Positions 51,774 to 64,000 of a stretch of 64,000 bases of DNA are shown in pieces. The number at the start of each line of letters is the position of its first letter. Position 1 is the stretch's first letter. The notes below the pieces were generated by a model. It was not told where the DNA came from, ran no database searches, and saw only the letters and a list, made by a program, of their open reading frames with translations. Source of the DNA: Octopus sinensis (Eukaryota); NCBI RefSeq assembly GCF_006345805.1, contig NC_042997.1:142042001-142106000 (forward strand). The letters run 5' to 3'. A program made the position numbers and the translations under genes.

Positions 51774-52121
51774 AATTATATGATTAAGAAAATTGTAATA
51801 TGCATGTCTTTTTTTTGCCTTTCTTTTACTTGTTTCAATCATTAGACAGCAGCCATGCTGGGGCACTGACTTGAAGAATTTTTACTTGAATGAATCAACC
51901 CCAGTACATTTTTTTTTAAAGCCTGGTACTAATACTATCAATCTCTTTTGCTGAACCACTAAGTTACAGGGATGTAAACACGCTAGATCAGTTATCAAGC
52001 TGTGCATCCATTGTCCATGGGCTGGACGGTGTGAACAGGGTCGGTAAGCTGAGGGCTCACCAGACCCCAGTCTGATTTGACATGGTTTCTACAGCTGCAT
52101 GCCCTTCCTAATGCCAACCAC

Positions 52122-52151
<30 letters not shown>

Positions 52152-52156
<5 letters not shown>

Positions 52157-52338
52157 AAATGAGAAAATGGAGAAATATATCTAAATCATTCATCAACTAT
52201 CAGATAATACCGAATCATATACTTTATTAAAACTTTATTGTTTTATATACTTTATTGTTTTAATAAAGTATATGATTCGGTATTATCTGATAGTTGATGA
52301 ATGATTTAGATATATTTCTCCATTTTCTCATTTTGTAT
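52152..52338. repeat. Perfect 82-bp inverted repeat with a 23-nt spacer
   Basis: Arms 52152-52233 and 52257-52338 are exact reverse complements. Confidence 0.95.
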
Positions 52339-52504
52339 TATTAATTTATGGTAAAAATAATTTTACCGTTGCCCACCTAATATAGTAAATGAATTAATTG
52401 CATCGCAATTCTTAACATTTATGTATTAGCTTTGTTGGGTACTTATCTAGCAGTATATTGGATATATGTTATCCCATGGAGGGTTGAATTTACAACCCCT
52501 ATCT

Positions 52505-52550
<46 letters not shown>

Positions 52551-52790
52551 GATGGGCATCTTTCAGTTTCCGTCTACCAAGTCCACTCACAAGGCTTTGG
52601 TCAGCCTGAAGCTATAGTAGATGACACTTGCCCAGGATTCCATGCAGTGGGGCTGAACCCAGAGCCATGTGTGGCAAGCTACTTACTACACAGCCATTCC
52701 TGCACCTATCATGTATATATATATATATATATATATCATCATCATCATCATCATCATCGTTTAGCGTCCGTTTTCCATGCTAGCATGGGT

Positions 52791-52909
<119 letters not shown>

Positions 52910-54106
52910 ATACATGATGGGCTTCTTTCAGTTTCTGTCTACCAAATCCATTCCCAAGGCTTTGGTTGGCACAAAGCTATAGGATCCAAGGTGCTACTCA
53001 GTGTGACTGGATCCCAAATCATGTAGTTGGAAAGCAAGCTTCTTACCACACAGCTATGACTGTGCTTAGATACATAATATATATAGATATAAAAGGAGAA
53101 AAAGAGAGAAAGAGATAGAGATGTTATGTGTCTGTATATGAGTGTGTATGCACGTGCCTGTGTGTCTGTATGCATAAGTATCTGTCTAACATACAAAAGA
53201 ATGAAAATGATTTCTGAGCATAAAAACAATTTTCCTACCAAATTCTTATTCATGGTTACCTGAAAGTTAAAAATTACTTAAGTTGTATCATAGTTAAGTA
53301 TGTTGAGGCAAGTCATAATTCTTTGGCTGTTGCTACAAATTTCTATCTAAAATTATCATATGCAGCACATCCTTGAAATATTTTCTTTCACAAACACTGA
53401 ACTTCAAGTTCTTGGCTTCCAAACTTGCATATATGTACAGTGATAGACTTTGCCATATTCAGAAACCAAAAATATCTTTCAACCTTTTAAACATAATTGA
53501 CCTTTCTCACCCTACTTCACTTTAACCTCTCCTATCCACTCAGACTTGTTCAAGTTGCTTTTACAATACTGCCTTTCTTTCTATATATATATATATATGG
53601 TATTATATTTTCTACATATATTTATATAAATATGACTGTAGATGTGTAATTGCTGAGTTTGTACAGCAACAATTCTCAAACAGTGTTCTGCATCACCCTG
53701 GGATGCCACCACTGGGGTCAAAGTGCATCACAGACTTTTTAGAAAATATAATTTAAGGCTTAAGAAAATCCATGCTAATGCCTCTTAAAAAATATTTTGT
53801 TTTCTATAATTTTCTTATGTACAAGTATGAATAATTCTTTCTAATTTTGGCACATGACAGAAATTTTAAGAGGAGGAAAAAGTTAATTATGTCAAGCTCA
53901 GCACTTGAATAGCACTTTATGTTATCGACCCTGAAAGGATAAAAATCAAAGTCAGACTCGGCAGAATGTAAAGAACCAGAAGAAATGCTGCTTAGCATTT
54001 TATCCAACATGCTAATAATTCTTCCATCTGGCTGTCTTAGATACAAATATGAATCATAAAACAAGACATGCAATAATTTTCTATATTTTAACCTAAATTT
54101 TGAGGT

Positions 54107-54335
54107 TTAACCCATTAACATTTAAACCGGCCATATCCGGCCAGAAGTATTCTGCCTGTTTTATGTTCAAACTGGCCAGATCTGGTCTCTCAGGCCAATC
54201 CTACAATATTGTTTTAAAAATTAACAGCTACCTCATCAAAATCTTATAGCTACAAGATAATGCATGATTAGTTCAAAACAATGTGGATAAAAAAGGATTA
54301 ATTTTGGCAGAATAACACGAACATTAAAGGGTTAA
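54107..54335. mobile_element. piggyBac-like MITE (family D)
   Basis: TTAA at 54107-54110 and 54332-54335. Confidence 0.75.
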
Positions 54336-54610
54336 AACATAGATTCATTTTTAACTTTCCAACTGAAATGCACCAATAGTTCTTGTTCTTAATTTTAACC
54401 CACAGTACATTATAAAGTGAAAAACATTGAGAACCACTCTTATTGGGTACTGAACAATTATTTCATGCAGTCTTTGGTTTAAATCCATGTCAGGTTTCAT
54501 TGCATATTTAACTCTCACACTCTCATCTATTTCCAAATCTCCAAGTATTGCACAAAGTTAAGGTAAAGACATACACATACAAATGCATATATATATGTAT
54601 GTGTTTGTGC

Positions 54611-54658
<48 letters not shown>

Positions 54659-54796
54659 GTTTATAGGACTACAAGAAAGAAGTGCTCAAATGAAATTGAG
54701 ACAGAGACAAAAAACATTGATTAGAGAACAAACATCAAATTCGAGTCAACAACTTTATATAACACCACGCTTCTATACATTTCATCATGTGTGTGT

Positions 54797-54828
<32 letters not shown>

Positions 54829-54829
54829 A

Positions 54830-55005
54830 ATTAATAAAAAGAAAACAACAACGTATTAATAAGACGCTCAGAAAAGTAAATAAAGGGAGTTTTACGTTTC
54901 GAGCAAAGCTCTTCTTCAGAAACAGTAGACAGAGGAAAGTCCAAGAGAAAAGGAAGACAGAAGAAAAAAATCACCAACAGTCCACATGTGGTTACATCTC
55001 GGAAT
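54830..55005 (-). mobile_element. PLE-type terminal-repeat remnant
   Basis: Homologous to 13690-13925; contains a hammerhead. Confidence 0.6.
54889..54923 (-). ncRNA. Minimal type I hammerhead ribozyme, core intact
   Basis: GUUU [CUGAAGA] A GAGC-UUU-GCUC [GAAA] CG [UA] AAAC; palindromic ACGU stem III; predicted cleavage between 54893 and 54892. Confidence 0.7.
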
Positions 55006-55382
55006 ATTTATATATATATATAAATGGCATAATTCTTTCAGTTTCCAGACACCTAATCTGCTCACAAGGCTTTGGTCAGCTAGGGGTTATAACAGAAGAC
55101 ACTTGGACAAGGTGCCATGTAGTGAGACTGAACCAGAAACTTTGTGGTTTGGAAACGACCACATTTCAGGTTGCTCTGAAGATATAGTCAGCATACAAGT
55201 AACAAACAGAGTTAAAGATATTTATAAGGGAAGCGCTTCATGTAATTTCATCATGAATGACGTCTAATGCTTTTTTTCACAGCTCCGCTAAGAGAAATAA
55301 CTACCTGTCACTTAATGGTAGACATCAATAAATGATTCATTAACACACACATACACAATCACAAACACGCATAAGCACACAT

Positions 55383-55472
<90 letters not shown>

Positions 55473-57167
55473 GTATGTATGTATGTATGTATAATGATAG
55501 TTACTTTATGTTTTCTGATAAAGAGTATAAGTTTATTTTCTGCTTCTTGTTTCTCAGTCCAGCATCTACCTTCATTGTATTTTGGTATAAAAAAATTGAT
55601 TTACAATAACGATGATGATAATGATGGTAATGAAAATAATGATTGTTATCGAAAACTGTTTAGTATTCAGAAAAGTATATGTAGAATAACAGCACCGCCT
55701 TTTATATAATAAGAACAGTGAATTTATTAAGATGGCATGACAGTTAAATTGCACCATTTCTAGTGAAGATTACAGTTCTTTTGGCTGCCAATAACATTGT
55801 CTGAAGAAAGTACAGCCGTAGTCTGTAATAAATACCTCCATTCTCTTGTCTATTGATGAGAGGTAAGTTTATCTGTTAGGTTTCTACTCAAGCGGTCTGC
55901 GTTGCAGAATCCAGGAAACACAGTTGAATCGGAAGTAGTTTAGAGTATTTTAAAGTTGGCACCAAATCAGGAGTAATAAAAATCTATCACAGATACACAT
56001 ATAGGATTGCTATGACAATTGTAGGTTTCCCAATTGGTTATTGATCTCTTTTTGCAAGGAATAGGAACTCTACTTTTCTTTTAGTTTTTCCATTGTGTCA
56101 ATGTACTTGGAATATAGGTTGCAGAGCACTTTACTCTATTAATATATATTTTTGCATCTTGTTTCAGGAAAGTTGCTTACAAATTCCATTGAATTAGTAA
56201 CTTATCTGATGAAATATTAGTCTATATCATACTTTTATTTTTCACAAAAGACAAATACTTTCCAAGACTGTGGAAGTACATGTGTATGTTAGAGAGAGAG
56301 GAAGAGAGAGAGAGAAAATGTGGTGTGTGTGTGTGTGTGCGCGTGTGTGCGTGTGTGTATGTGTGTGTATGTGTGCATGTGTGCATTATTGTTTATAAAA
56401 TGTTCTGACCTATATGTGTGTGTGTATGTATGTATCTATGTGTGTATGTATGTATGTATGTATGTATGTATCTATCTATCTATCTATCTATCTACGTATA
56501 CACACATACATGCAATATTAAATACACATATATATATATGTAGAGAGAGAGAGAGAGACAAATAGATGGATATACATACAGATATATAGATATATACATG
56601 TATACATACATATACATACATATATATACATATATATATATATACATACATATATATTACTATATACATTACTTTGGTTTCATTTAGAATAACTTCTAAT
56701 CTTTTCCATACCATATTCTCCCTCGCTTTAAGTATTCTGCTCTTATCCTGTCCTCCCTCTCAGTCATATATCTCTGTTATTTACCTGCTCATTTCAGTCT
56801 ATCAATCACACCTTTTGCACATTCTCATATTTATCTAAGCTACCTTTCTTCTTCATCTTCTCTCTTTCTCTTTCTCTTTCTCTTTCTCTCTCTCTCTCAC
56901 TGTATGTGAGTGTTAGTGAACACATACGTACACACACACACATACATACGTACATGCTTGCATATATATGCACGTAGATACATACATAATACATACATAC
57001 ATACATAATACATAAACATACATACATGCATAAATACACACATACTCATACACACATATATAGACAGTTATATCAGAGGAAAATATATTTATATATGTAG
57101 ATATGTACTTATATATATGTGTGTGTATGTGTGTGTGTGTGTCTGTGTGTGTGTCTGTGTGTGTGTA

Positions 57168-57220
<53 letters not shown>

Positions 57221-57385
57221 GCTAGCATGGAAAGCGGATGGTAAATGATGATGATGATATATATGTGTGTATGTATGTATGTATGTATGTGTGTATATAT
57301 ATATATATATATATGTGTGTGTATATATATATATGTATGTATATGTACATATATATGTGTGCATGTGTATACATACATATATACT

Positions 57386-57440
<55 letters not shown>

Positions 57441-57506
57441 TCTAATATAACTATATTCTTTCTTCTTCATCCTTGCTATTCCTTTTACTTTTCCACTCAC
57501 TGTTCA

Positions 57507-57537
<31 letters not shown>

Positions 57538-58119
57538 TCTTTCTTTCTTTTCTTCTCTTTTCCCTCACACATTCTTGCAATCAATAAAATGATAGTAGCC
57601 CGAAGCTGTTAAGTAGTATAGTAACTTGTATTATTCTACAAACCAAATTATTAGAAAATCTTTTCTAGCAATACATAGCTTTGTTTTCACAAATTCTTTG
57701 CTTATACGGATGAAATTGTTCACATAGCAATAAAGAAAAGAATATATTTACTAAGAATAGATAATAAAAACTTCAAGAATTGTTGGTTGCAAATAGAATC
57801 TAGCAAAATGCTACATTATCTATAATTGATTTGAAATTAATTTCCAAAAATAGAATACTGACATATTTATTTTTTATTTATGGAGGTTTAAATAGAAGAA
57901 ATTATAGGTTATTTTGGGTTTTTTTTTGTTTTATGTAAATAATTTTTCATATTGAAGATTAATGTTAAAAATTATAACCAAGGATAATGTCTATGAAAGT
58001 CATATGTCTATTAAAGTTTTATACATGTTGCATGTCTGATGATATTTGTATATTTGTGCATGCATGAGAGTAACATCACTGCCGACTACTGCTGCTGCTG
58101 CTGCTGTTGTTGTTGTTGT

Positions 58120-58300
58120 TAAGGGTGATTAGGTGATGGTCTAGGGCTTAGGGGCGGGAGACCCCAGACCTTGGAAAAAAAAAAACTTTGGTCCTCTTGT
58201 TGTAGTCGAGGGCTCTTCGTTGACACCCGACACCACTGGGAGGTGGCTCTTGAAGTTGCTGGAAATGGAGATTTCCAAGTCCAAATTCTTGAATGGCTGC
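58120..58300 (-). repeat. Unassigned dispersed repeat X, copy 2
   Basis: Inverted homologue of 2320-2500. Confidence 0.85.
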
Positions 58301-58412
58301 TGCTGCTGTTGCCACCAATGTTTCGCCAACACCATCACTGCCACCACCATCACCACTGCCACCACCACTATTATTTGTCTGCCAAATGTTCCATCTTGTT
58401 TTTAAGCCTTAC

Positions 58413-58446
58413 CTATTTTCCAAGTAAAGGATCTCTTATTCAACAT
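58413..58446 (-). CDS. Candidate small exon (34 nt, phase 0-1)
   Basis: Long pyrimidine tract ending TCTTCAAAG|, donor |GTAAGG, frame MLNKRSFTWKI; phase-compatible with 60723-60835 and 49671-49799. Confidence 0.2.
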
Positions 58447-59199
58447 CTTTGAAGATGCGCAAAGACAGAAGAGGATTAGTTGACAGAAAAATAGTCACAC
58501 CTGTCTCATGATACTACAAAACTTGTCCACTCATTCAGATATGAGCCAATGTCGCTCATATGTAGATCTCAATGCAGCTCTCAAATAATTCAGCTATGAG
58601 CCAATGTAGCTGTCTTCTACATAATCACTGAACCTGCAAGAAATAGCAAATAAATCTCACTTAAGACCACACCCTAAGTATATGGAGTACTAGGCCTGGA
58701 TATACAGTGGGATGGTCAAGACTGGAATGTCCTTAATCATAGTTCTTCTTCATCAGGCCTAGCCTAATGCTAAACAAAAAAAAAATGATATAAACATTAC
58801 TTATTCTCCTCCTTGTTCTTGTTGGCGTTGCTGTCATTGTCATCATTATCTCCATCATCATCAACATCAAGTGTTTTATCTTCCACTGTTCTGTGCTTGC
58901 ATGGGTCTGATGGAATTCATTGAGGCATATTTTCAATAGCTGGATGCCATTCTCATTGCCAACCCAAACCTGTTCCTAAGTATGGTAATATTTCCACATA
59001 GCTGGACATGCTTTCACAGAATATTTGAAGCAAGGGACACTATTTGTATGATAATGATGCTCATTTATTACTATCTCATGATGCTGAAATTAGGAAGCAC
59101 AAACACACGCACATTGAACTTATGAACACACACACTCCTACATTGCACACACACACACACACATACAAACACACATATACTAGAGTAAGCACATAGATG

Positions 59200-59560
59200 T
59201 GAGACCAGGTGGAAAAAAGAGTACTCAAATACCAGAGGTAGAGTAATATGTTTTATTTAAAAACAGCAGAAATATAACAAAAGCTGTTACTCAGAGTTTC
59301 ACGTTCCCGTTCATTGAACAGTTTTGTTAAAATGGAACAGAAATAACGATACACCTTTAAAAATGGATGTTTCATTGGTCATTTCAATTAACGGTCTTAA
59401 GCATGCAATGAACAAAATAAATGAATTCAATATAAATTCATCCTATTGTAAACTCGAAGAAAACCTTAAATCAAAGAGTGGATTCAAAATACATATTGTA
59501 AATAATTATATACGAACTTATAAGTCAATACATTAAAATTTTCACGCTGCATTACATAAA
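59200..59560 (-). mobile_element. PLE 3' remnant with a decayed hammerhead (59284-59321)
   Basis: CUGU [UCAAUGA] ACG-GGAA-CGU [GAAA] CUC-U-GAG [UA] ACAG; all three stems intact, three core substitutions. Confidence 0.6.
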
Positions 59561-60019
59561 TATTTTACAACAGTATCTACCCATACTAGACCATCTATAA
59601 TATACATATATACATCAAAATACACAGATGCATGCACATAGTTACATATATATACAGGCATATATATGTAATACATGAATATACGCACAAATACACATAT
59701 ACATACATGCACACAGCCATGCCCGCATACGAAAATCTCTTGATGTATACATATAGAAGTCAGTTATAACAGACAAGATAGATAGGAAATATGTCTTAAA
59801 CGTAGAGAGGGGGGAAAGAAAAAGAAAATAATAAGGATCCTAAACGTAACAGCAAGCGAAAGAAAGCGGTAAGTGGGGAGAAGAGGAACGCATTGTTTAA
59901 GGATGTTATCAAAGTAACGAAGAGGGAGAGAAAGGATACTTTGCGTAAGGAAAGAGAAAAGAAAGAAGGAAAGACCTATTGAGGCAAGTGTAAACAAACC
60001 AAAATCGCTGATGTGACCA

Positions 60020-60440
60020 ATGACAGGACCATTTGATTGGCACTCGTGCCATTGGAACGTTAAAAGCACATCCGAGCGCGACTGTTGTCAGGGCCACGGA
60101 TTGGCTCCTGTGCTGGTGGCACGTGAAAAACAACATTTGAGCGTGGTTGTTGCCAGTGCCGCCAGACTAGCTCCCATGCAGGTAGCATTTAAAAACACCT
60201 TTTGAGTGTGAGCGTGGTCGTTGCCAGAACCGCCTGACTGGCCCTCGTACTGGTGGCACGTAAAAGCACCCACTACACTCTCAGAGTGGTTGGCATTAGG
60301 AAGGGCATCCAGCTGTAGAAACTTTGCCAGACTAGACTGAGCCTAGTGCAGCCTCTAGCTCACCAGCCCTCAATCAAACCATCCAACCCATGCCAGCATG
60401 GAAAGCGGACGTTAAATGATGATGATGATGATGATGATGA
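60020..60440 (+). mobile_element. RTE-tailed retroposon (family C) with tandem subunits
   Basis: GGCACGTRAAA units, AGGAAGGGCATCCAGCTGTAG, (GAT)n tail. Confidence 0.8.
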
Positions 60441-60722
60441 TATATATATACACACACACATATATAAGTATGCATATGTATACATATATATATATATATA
60501 TTTGTGTACATATATATATTTATATATATACACACACATACATATAGATTGGGCTTCTTTTAGTTTTCATCTGTCAAATCTACTCAAAAGGCTTAGTCAA
60601 CTCAGGGTGATAGTAAAAGAGACTTGCCCAAGGTGTCACACACAGTGGGATTGAACCCCCAAATCACATGGTTTGAAAGCAAATTCCATGCCTGCACCTA
60701 TCATATCCACACAGTATCTCAC

Positions 60723-60835
60723 CAGTCTCAAAGAGCCTGCAAATGCCATGGGCACATCCATTTCTTTCAGACCAAGGAAGTGAAAATAATGGTGAGAGGA
60801 AGGGACAAGTTGATGAAAGGAGTAATATTTAAATC
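60723..60835 (-). CDS. Candidate internal exon (113 nt) of an unknown gene
   Basis: Acceptor CTTTTCAG|, donor |GTGAGA, open frame FKYYSFHQLVPSSHHYFHFLGLKEMDVPMAFAGSLRL; no family recognised. Confidence 0.35.
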
Positions 60836-61475
60836 CTGAAAAGCTGTTCAGCAGTGCTGAGAAAATACATCTGTTCAATACATTTCACAGAATAGTGACT
60901 GATGTATTTTTATTCTCAAAGCAAAGCCACAAAATAACTAGTGTTTGGTATGACATGAGAATAAATCAATTAAAGTTACACAACCACAGATAAACTGAAA
61001 AGAAATTCCAATATCCTTTATCATTCTTGGAGAAAGCCATAACTCACTCTATTGGCTGTTTAGAAAAGATGATAAATCTTTAATATAAGGAGTTTAGAAT
61101 GAAGGTGTCTAGATATCCTCAATATAATTTTTATGTGCTATCCTCCAAGGAATAAAATTTTGCAAAGCAATATTTATACCCTCACAAGTGGATATATTGG
61201 ATATACATGGATAGATTCATATAGGTTTGCTTGATCAGGCTAGACCCAGGGCTATACAACAACAACAGCAGCAGCAGCAGCAACAGCAATAGATGGATTC
61301 CCATGTTTGTATGTGATGTCAACAGCAAAATAACATTGAATTTCCCAATGAAACAACAAAGATCTATGAATGCTTGAGATTTTACATGGATAGTGATAGC
61401 AATGGAAGAAATCTCATTGAAATGGTCACCAAGGTTTACTAACCATCTCCAGAAATAGTTGAATATTTTGCCATA

Positions 61476-62110
61476 TTAACCCTTTAGTATTCAGATTATT
61501 TTGTCAAATGAAACGTTTTTGTTTTATTCACATTGATGTAGGGGTGGCTGTGTGGTAAGTAGCTTGCTTTCCAACCACATGGTTCCGGGTTCAGTCCCAC
61601 TGCATGGCACCTTGGGCAAGTGTCTTCTACTATAGCCTCAGGCCGACCAAAACCTTCTGAGTAGATTTGGTAGACGGAAACTGAAAGAAGCCCATCGTAT
61701 ATATGTATGTATGTGTGTCTATGCTTGTGCGTCTGTGTTTGTCCCCCCCAACATCGCTTGATAACTGATGCTAGTGTGTTTATGTCCCCATAACTTAGCG
61801 GTTCAGCAAAAGAGACCGATCGAATAAGTACTAGGCTTACAAAGAATAAGTCCTGGGATCGATTTGCTCGACTAAAGGCGGTACTCCAGCATGGCCATAG
61901 TCAAATGACTGAAACAAGTAAAAAAGTTTAAAAAAAGTATTGTTTTGAAATAATCATGCATCATCTTGTAACTTTGAGATTTTCATGATGTGATTGCTTA
62001 TTTTTAGAAGGACATTGCAGGGTAGGTGTGAGAGGTTGCATCTGGCTGGTTTGAACATAAAACAGTAGAATATTTAGGCCAGATATGACCAGCTGGAATG
62101 CTAAAGTGTT
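61476..62110. mobile_element. piggyBac-like MITE (family D) split by a young SINE A (61537-61930, plus)
   Basis: MITE halves rejoin at ATTCACATTG / ATTGTTTTGAA. Confidence 0.75.
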
Positions 62111-62350
62111 GATGAATGCTAAGTTTTATCTGAGTCAGTTTAAGTGAAAGCACGCAGCCTGGTGGTCAGGGTGTTGCACTTGCAAATGCAAGATTGTGGT
62201 TTCAATTTCCAGACTGCATGGTGCATTGTCTCCTAGAGCAAAGCACTTAATCCTCATGTAAATGAGTAATTTTGTGACAGATCAGCATCCTGTTCATAGG
62301 GAATTTTGTGATCTCAATCACTTGTACACCATGTAAGCAGGGTAACTAAC

Positions 62351-62378
62351 CAGATGAATTCTAGGATTCAAGACAAGA
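62351..62378 (-). CDS. Candidate small exon (28 nt, phase 2-0)
   Basis: Strong tract TTTTGTTTTGTTTTAG|, donor |GTTAGT; joins the 63975 candidate to give LKHLKVMDSLVLNPRIHL. Confidence 0.2.
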
Positions 62379-63714
62379 CTAAAACAAAACAAAAATAAAC
62401 AAAATATAAATATAAAACAAATGTAGATGTGCAAAAAGAGCTGCAGTGATTCAGTATTTCGCACACTGACATTAAAGGAGTTACTCCAATAAAACACATA
62501 AACATATTACCGAGGTAGTGTTCTACATCCAACACCCTTCCTGTGGCTAACTTCTGTTTTGCTTTTGTTTTTTGAATTTTATTACTTTACAGAGAAGGTT
62601 TGTTTACAAAACGTTGTTTTTTTATTAGCTTCAGCTTGAGAGCTGCGGCCATGCTGGGGCACTGCCGTTATCTATATTTTTAAATAAGGGAACTTTTATT
62701 TCACATGTTTTTGAAGGTACAAAGCAAGCAGATGATTTATTGACAGAAGAGACAACACAGGTAGTAAATTGTGACTTTCATAGAGCACAAATCTAAATAA
62801 ACACACAGACATGTGCACGCATACACACATACATCTATATATACATACCTGTGTGTGTATGTGTGTGAGAGAGAGAGAGAGAGAAAGAGACAAATAGGAT
62901 TCTTTCATTTTTTTCCTGTCTACAATCCATTAAGCTTTCATCAGCCCAGGGCTGACGGAAGATACTTTCTCAAGGTGTCATGCAGTGGGAGTGAACCCAG
63001 AACCATGTGATTGCAAGCAAACTTCTCAACTCCTCAGCAATCCTGCACCAAAATATGTTATACATATTAAATTATAAATATTAAAAAATTCTTGAGGGAA
63101 ATCATTCATAATATGCTAATTTTTCTTGCCTTTTCATCTATTTATGAACAATATTGTACCTCTGTTTAGTTAGTTTCCCATCCCTACTTCATCACAAGGG
63201 GGAAAGTCTATATTTTTCTGACGAGGTTGTAATAAGACTGAAACAAATATAAAGTTGACTCCCATACTTGCAAAAATTATCAAAATATCATCAGTCATTG
63301 AGTTGTCTTTTCTCATCACATAATCATTTTTTAATGAGCTTTTTTATGTGTTCTGCAGTAAACATATTAACATTAATTTAACTGTGAATATACTTTTACA
63401 CACTGAAATGTTAGTTATCTTGATTTATTGCATTTCAACAAATTTTATGTAAAATCTGAAACTAACAAGTTGCTTTTGATATATTAAAAAAATTTAAATA
63501 CATCTGGAATGAATCTTTTCTTTTCTATCTACTTTCTTTAGTAATAAGAAAATCAGATTAAGATAAGAAAATTTGCTTCCTTCAGATTATTCTAATCTAG
63601 GAAACAAATATGAACAACATCAGAAGTATGCATTCAGGGAAATATCTTAAAAAGAAGAATTGGCTCAATTTGAAAGACCTAAAGGAAACTATAAAAAAAA
63701 CTGGAATAGTCTTT

Positions 63715-63945
63715 TCTGCTCTTGGCACAAGGCCTGAAATTTTGGGGGAGGAGGCCTGTCGATTAGATCGATTGCAGTATGCAACTGGTACTTAATTTAT
63801 CAACCCCAAAAGGATGAAAGGCAAAGTCAACCTCAGCGGAATTTGAACTCAGAGAGTTCAAATTCCGCTGAGGTTGAAAAGACAGATGAAATACTGCTAA
63901 GCATTTCACTCAGCGGGCTAACATTTTTGCCAGCCTGCCGCCTTT
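63715..63945 (-). mobile_element. SINE family B with an internal 24-bp inverted duplication
   Basis: Family B head and body; palindrome at 63827-63877. Confidence 0.8.
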
Positions 63946-63974
63946 GTAAATAGATATATGCTTTTCTAACTCAC

Positions 63975-64000
63975 CTGTCCATGACTTTCAGGTGTTTTAA
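63975..64000 (-). CDS. Possible exon 3' end running off the window
   Basis: CAG|GTGAGT donor; frames LKHLKVMD or KTPESHGQ open. Confidence 0.2.

Noticed and set aside
54351-54536. ORF EIDESVRVKYAMKPDMDLNQRLHEII as an exon
   Set aside because: Only weak acceptors, no good donor and no recognised homology; left out of the features
59800-59985. K/R-rich open frame
   Set aside because: Purine-rich low-complexity sequence upstream of a family C element, with no start or acceptor
63214-63260. CUGACGA...GAAAC as a hammerhead
   Set aside because: Stem II is weak (two G-U pairs) and there is no stem I

Overview
AT-rich eukaryotic DNA made almost entirely of repeats. The SINE, MITE and microsatellite set matches what I recall of octopus (cephalopod) genomes; this is an inference, not a search result. 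No intact protein-coding gene, rRNA, bona fide tRNA or CRISPR array is recognisable, and nearly all ORFs in the track are translations of microsatellites or decayed transposons. Recognisable content: several tRNA-derived SINE families; an RTE-tailed element with internal tandem subunits; piggyBac-, hAT-, Tigger- and mariner-type MITEs; five decayed Tc1/mariner-superfamily elements, including a 2.5-kb IS630/Tc1-like element with about 235-bp TIRs; a non-autonomous Helitron; RLE-type (R4/Dong-like) and RTE LINE fragments; and many Penelope-like (PLE) remnants. The strongest signal is a cluster of PLE-type type I hammerhead ribozyme motifs. Two have a complete core (22759-22836 and 54889-54923, both minus strand), one core lies inside a long inverted repeat (20943-21019), and four are decayed. 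There are also several near-perfect fold-back inversions and an unassigned 180-bp structured repeat present twice in inverted orientation. A few minus-strand exon candidates suggest the window may be intronic, but confidence is low. Repeat boundaries are read by eye and approximate unless TSD or TIR positions are given.
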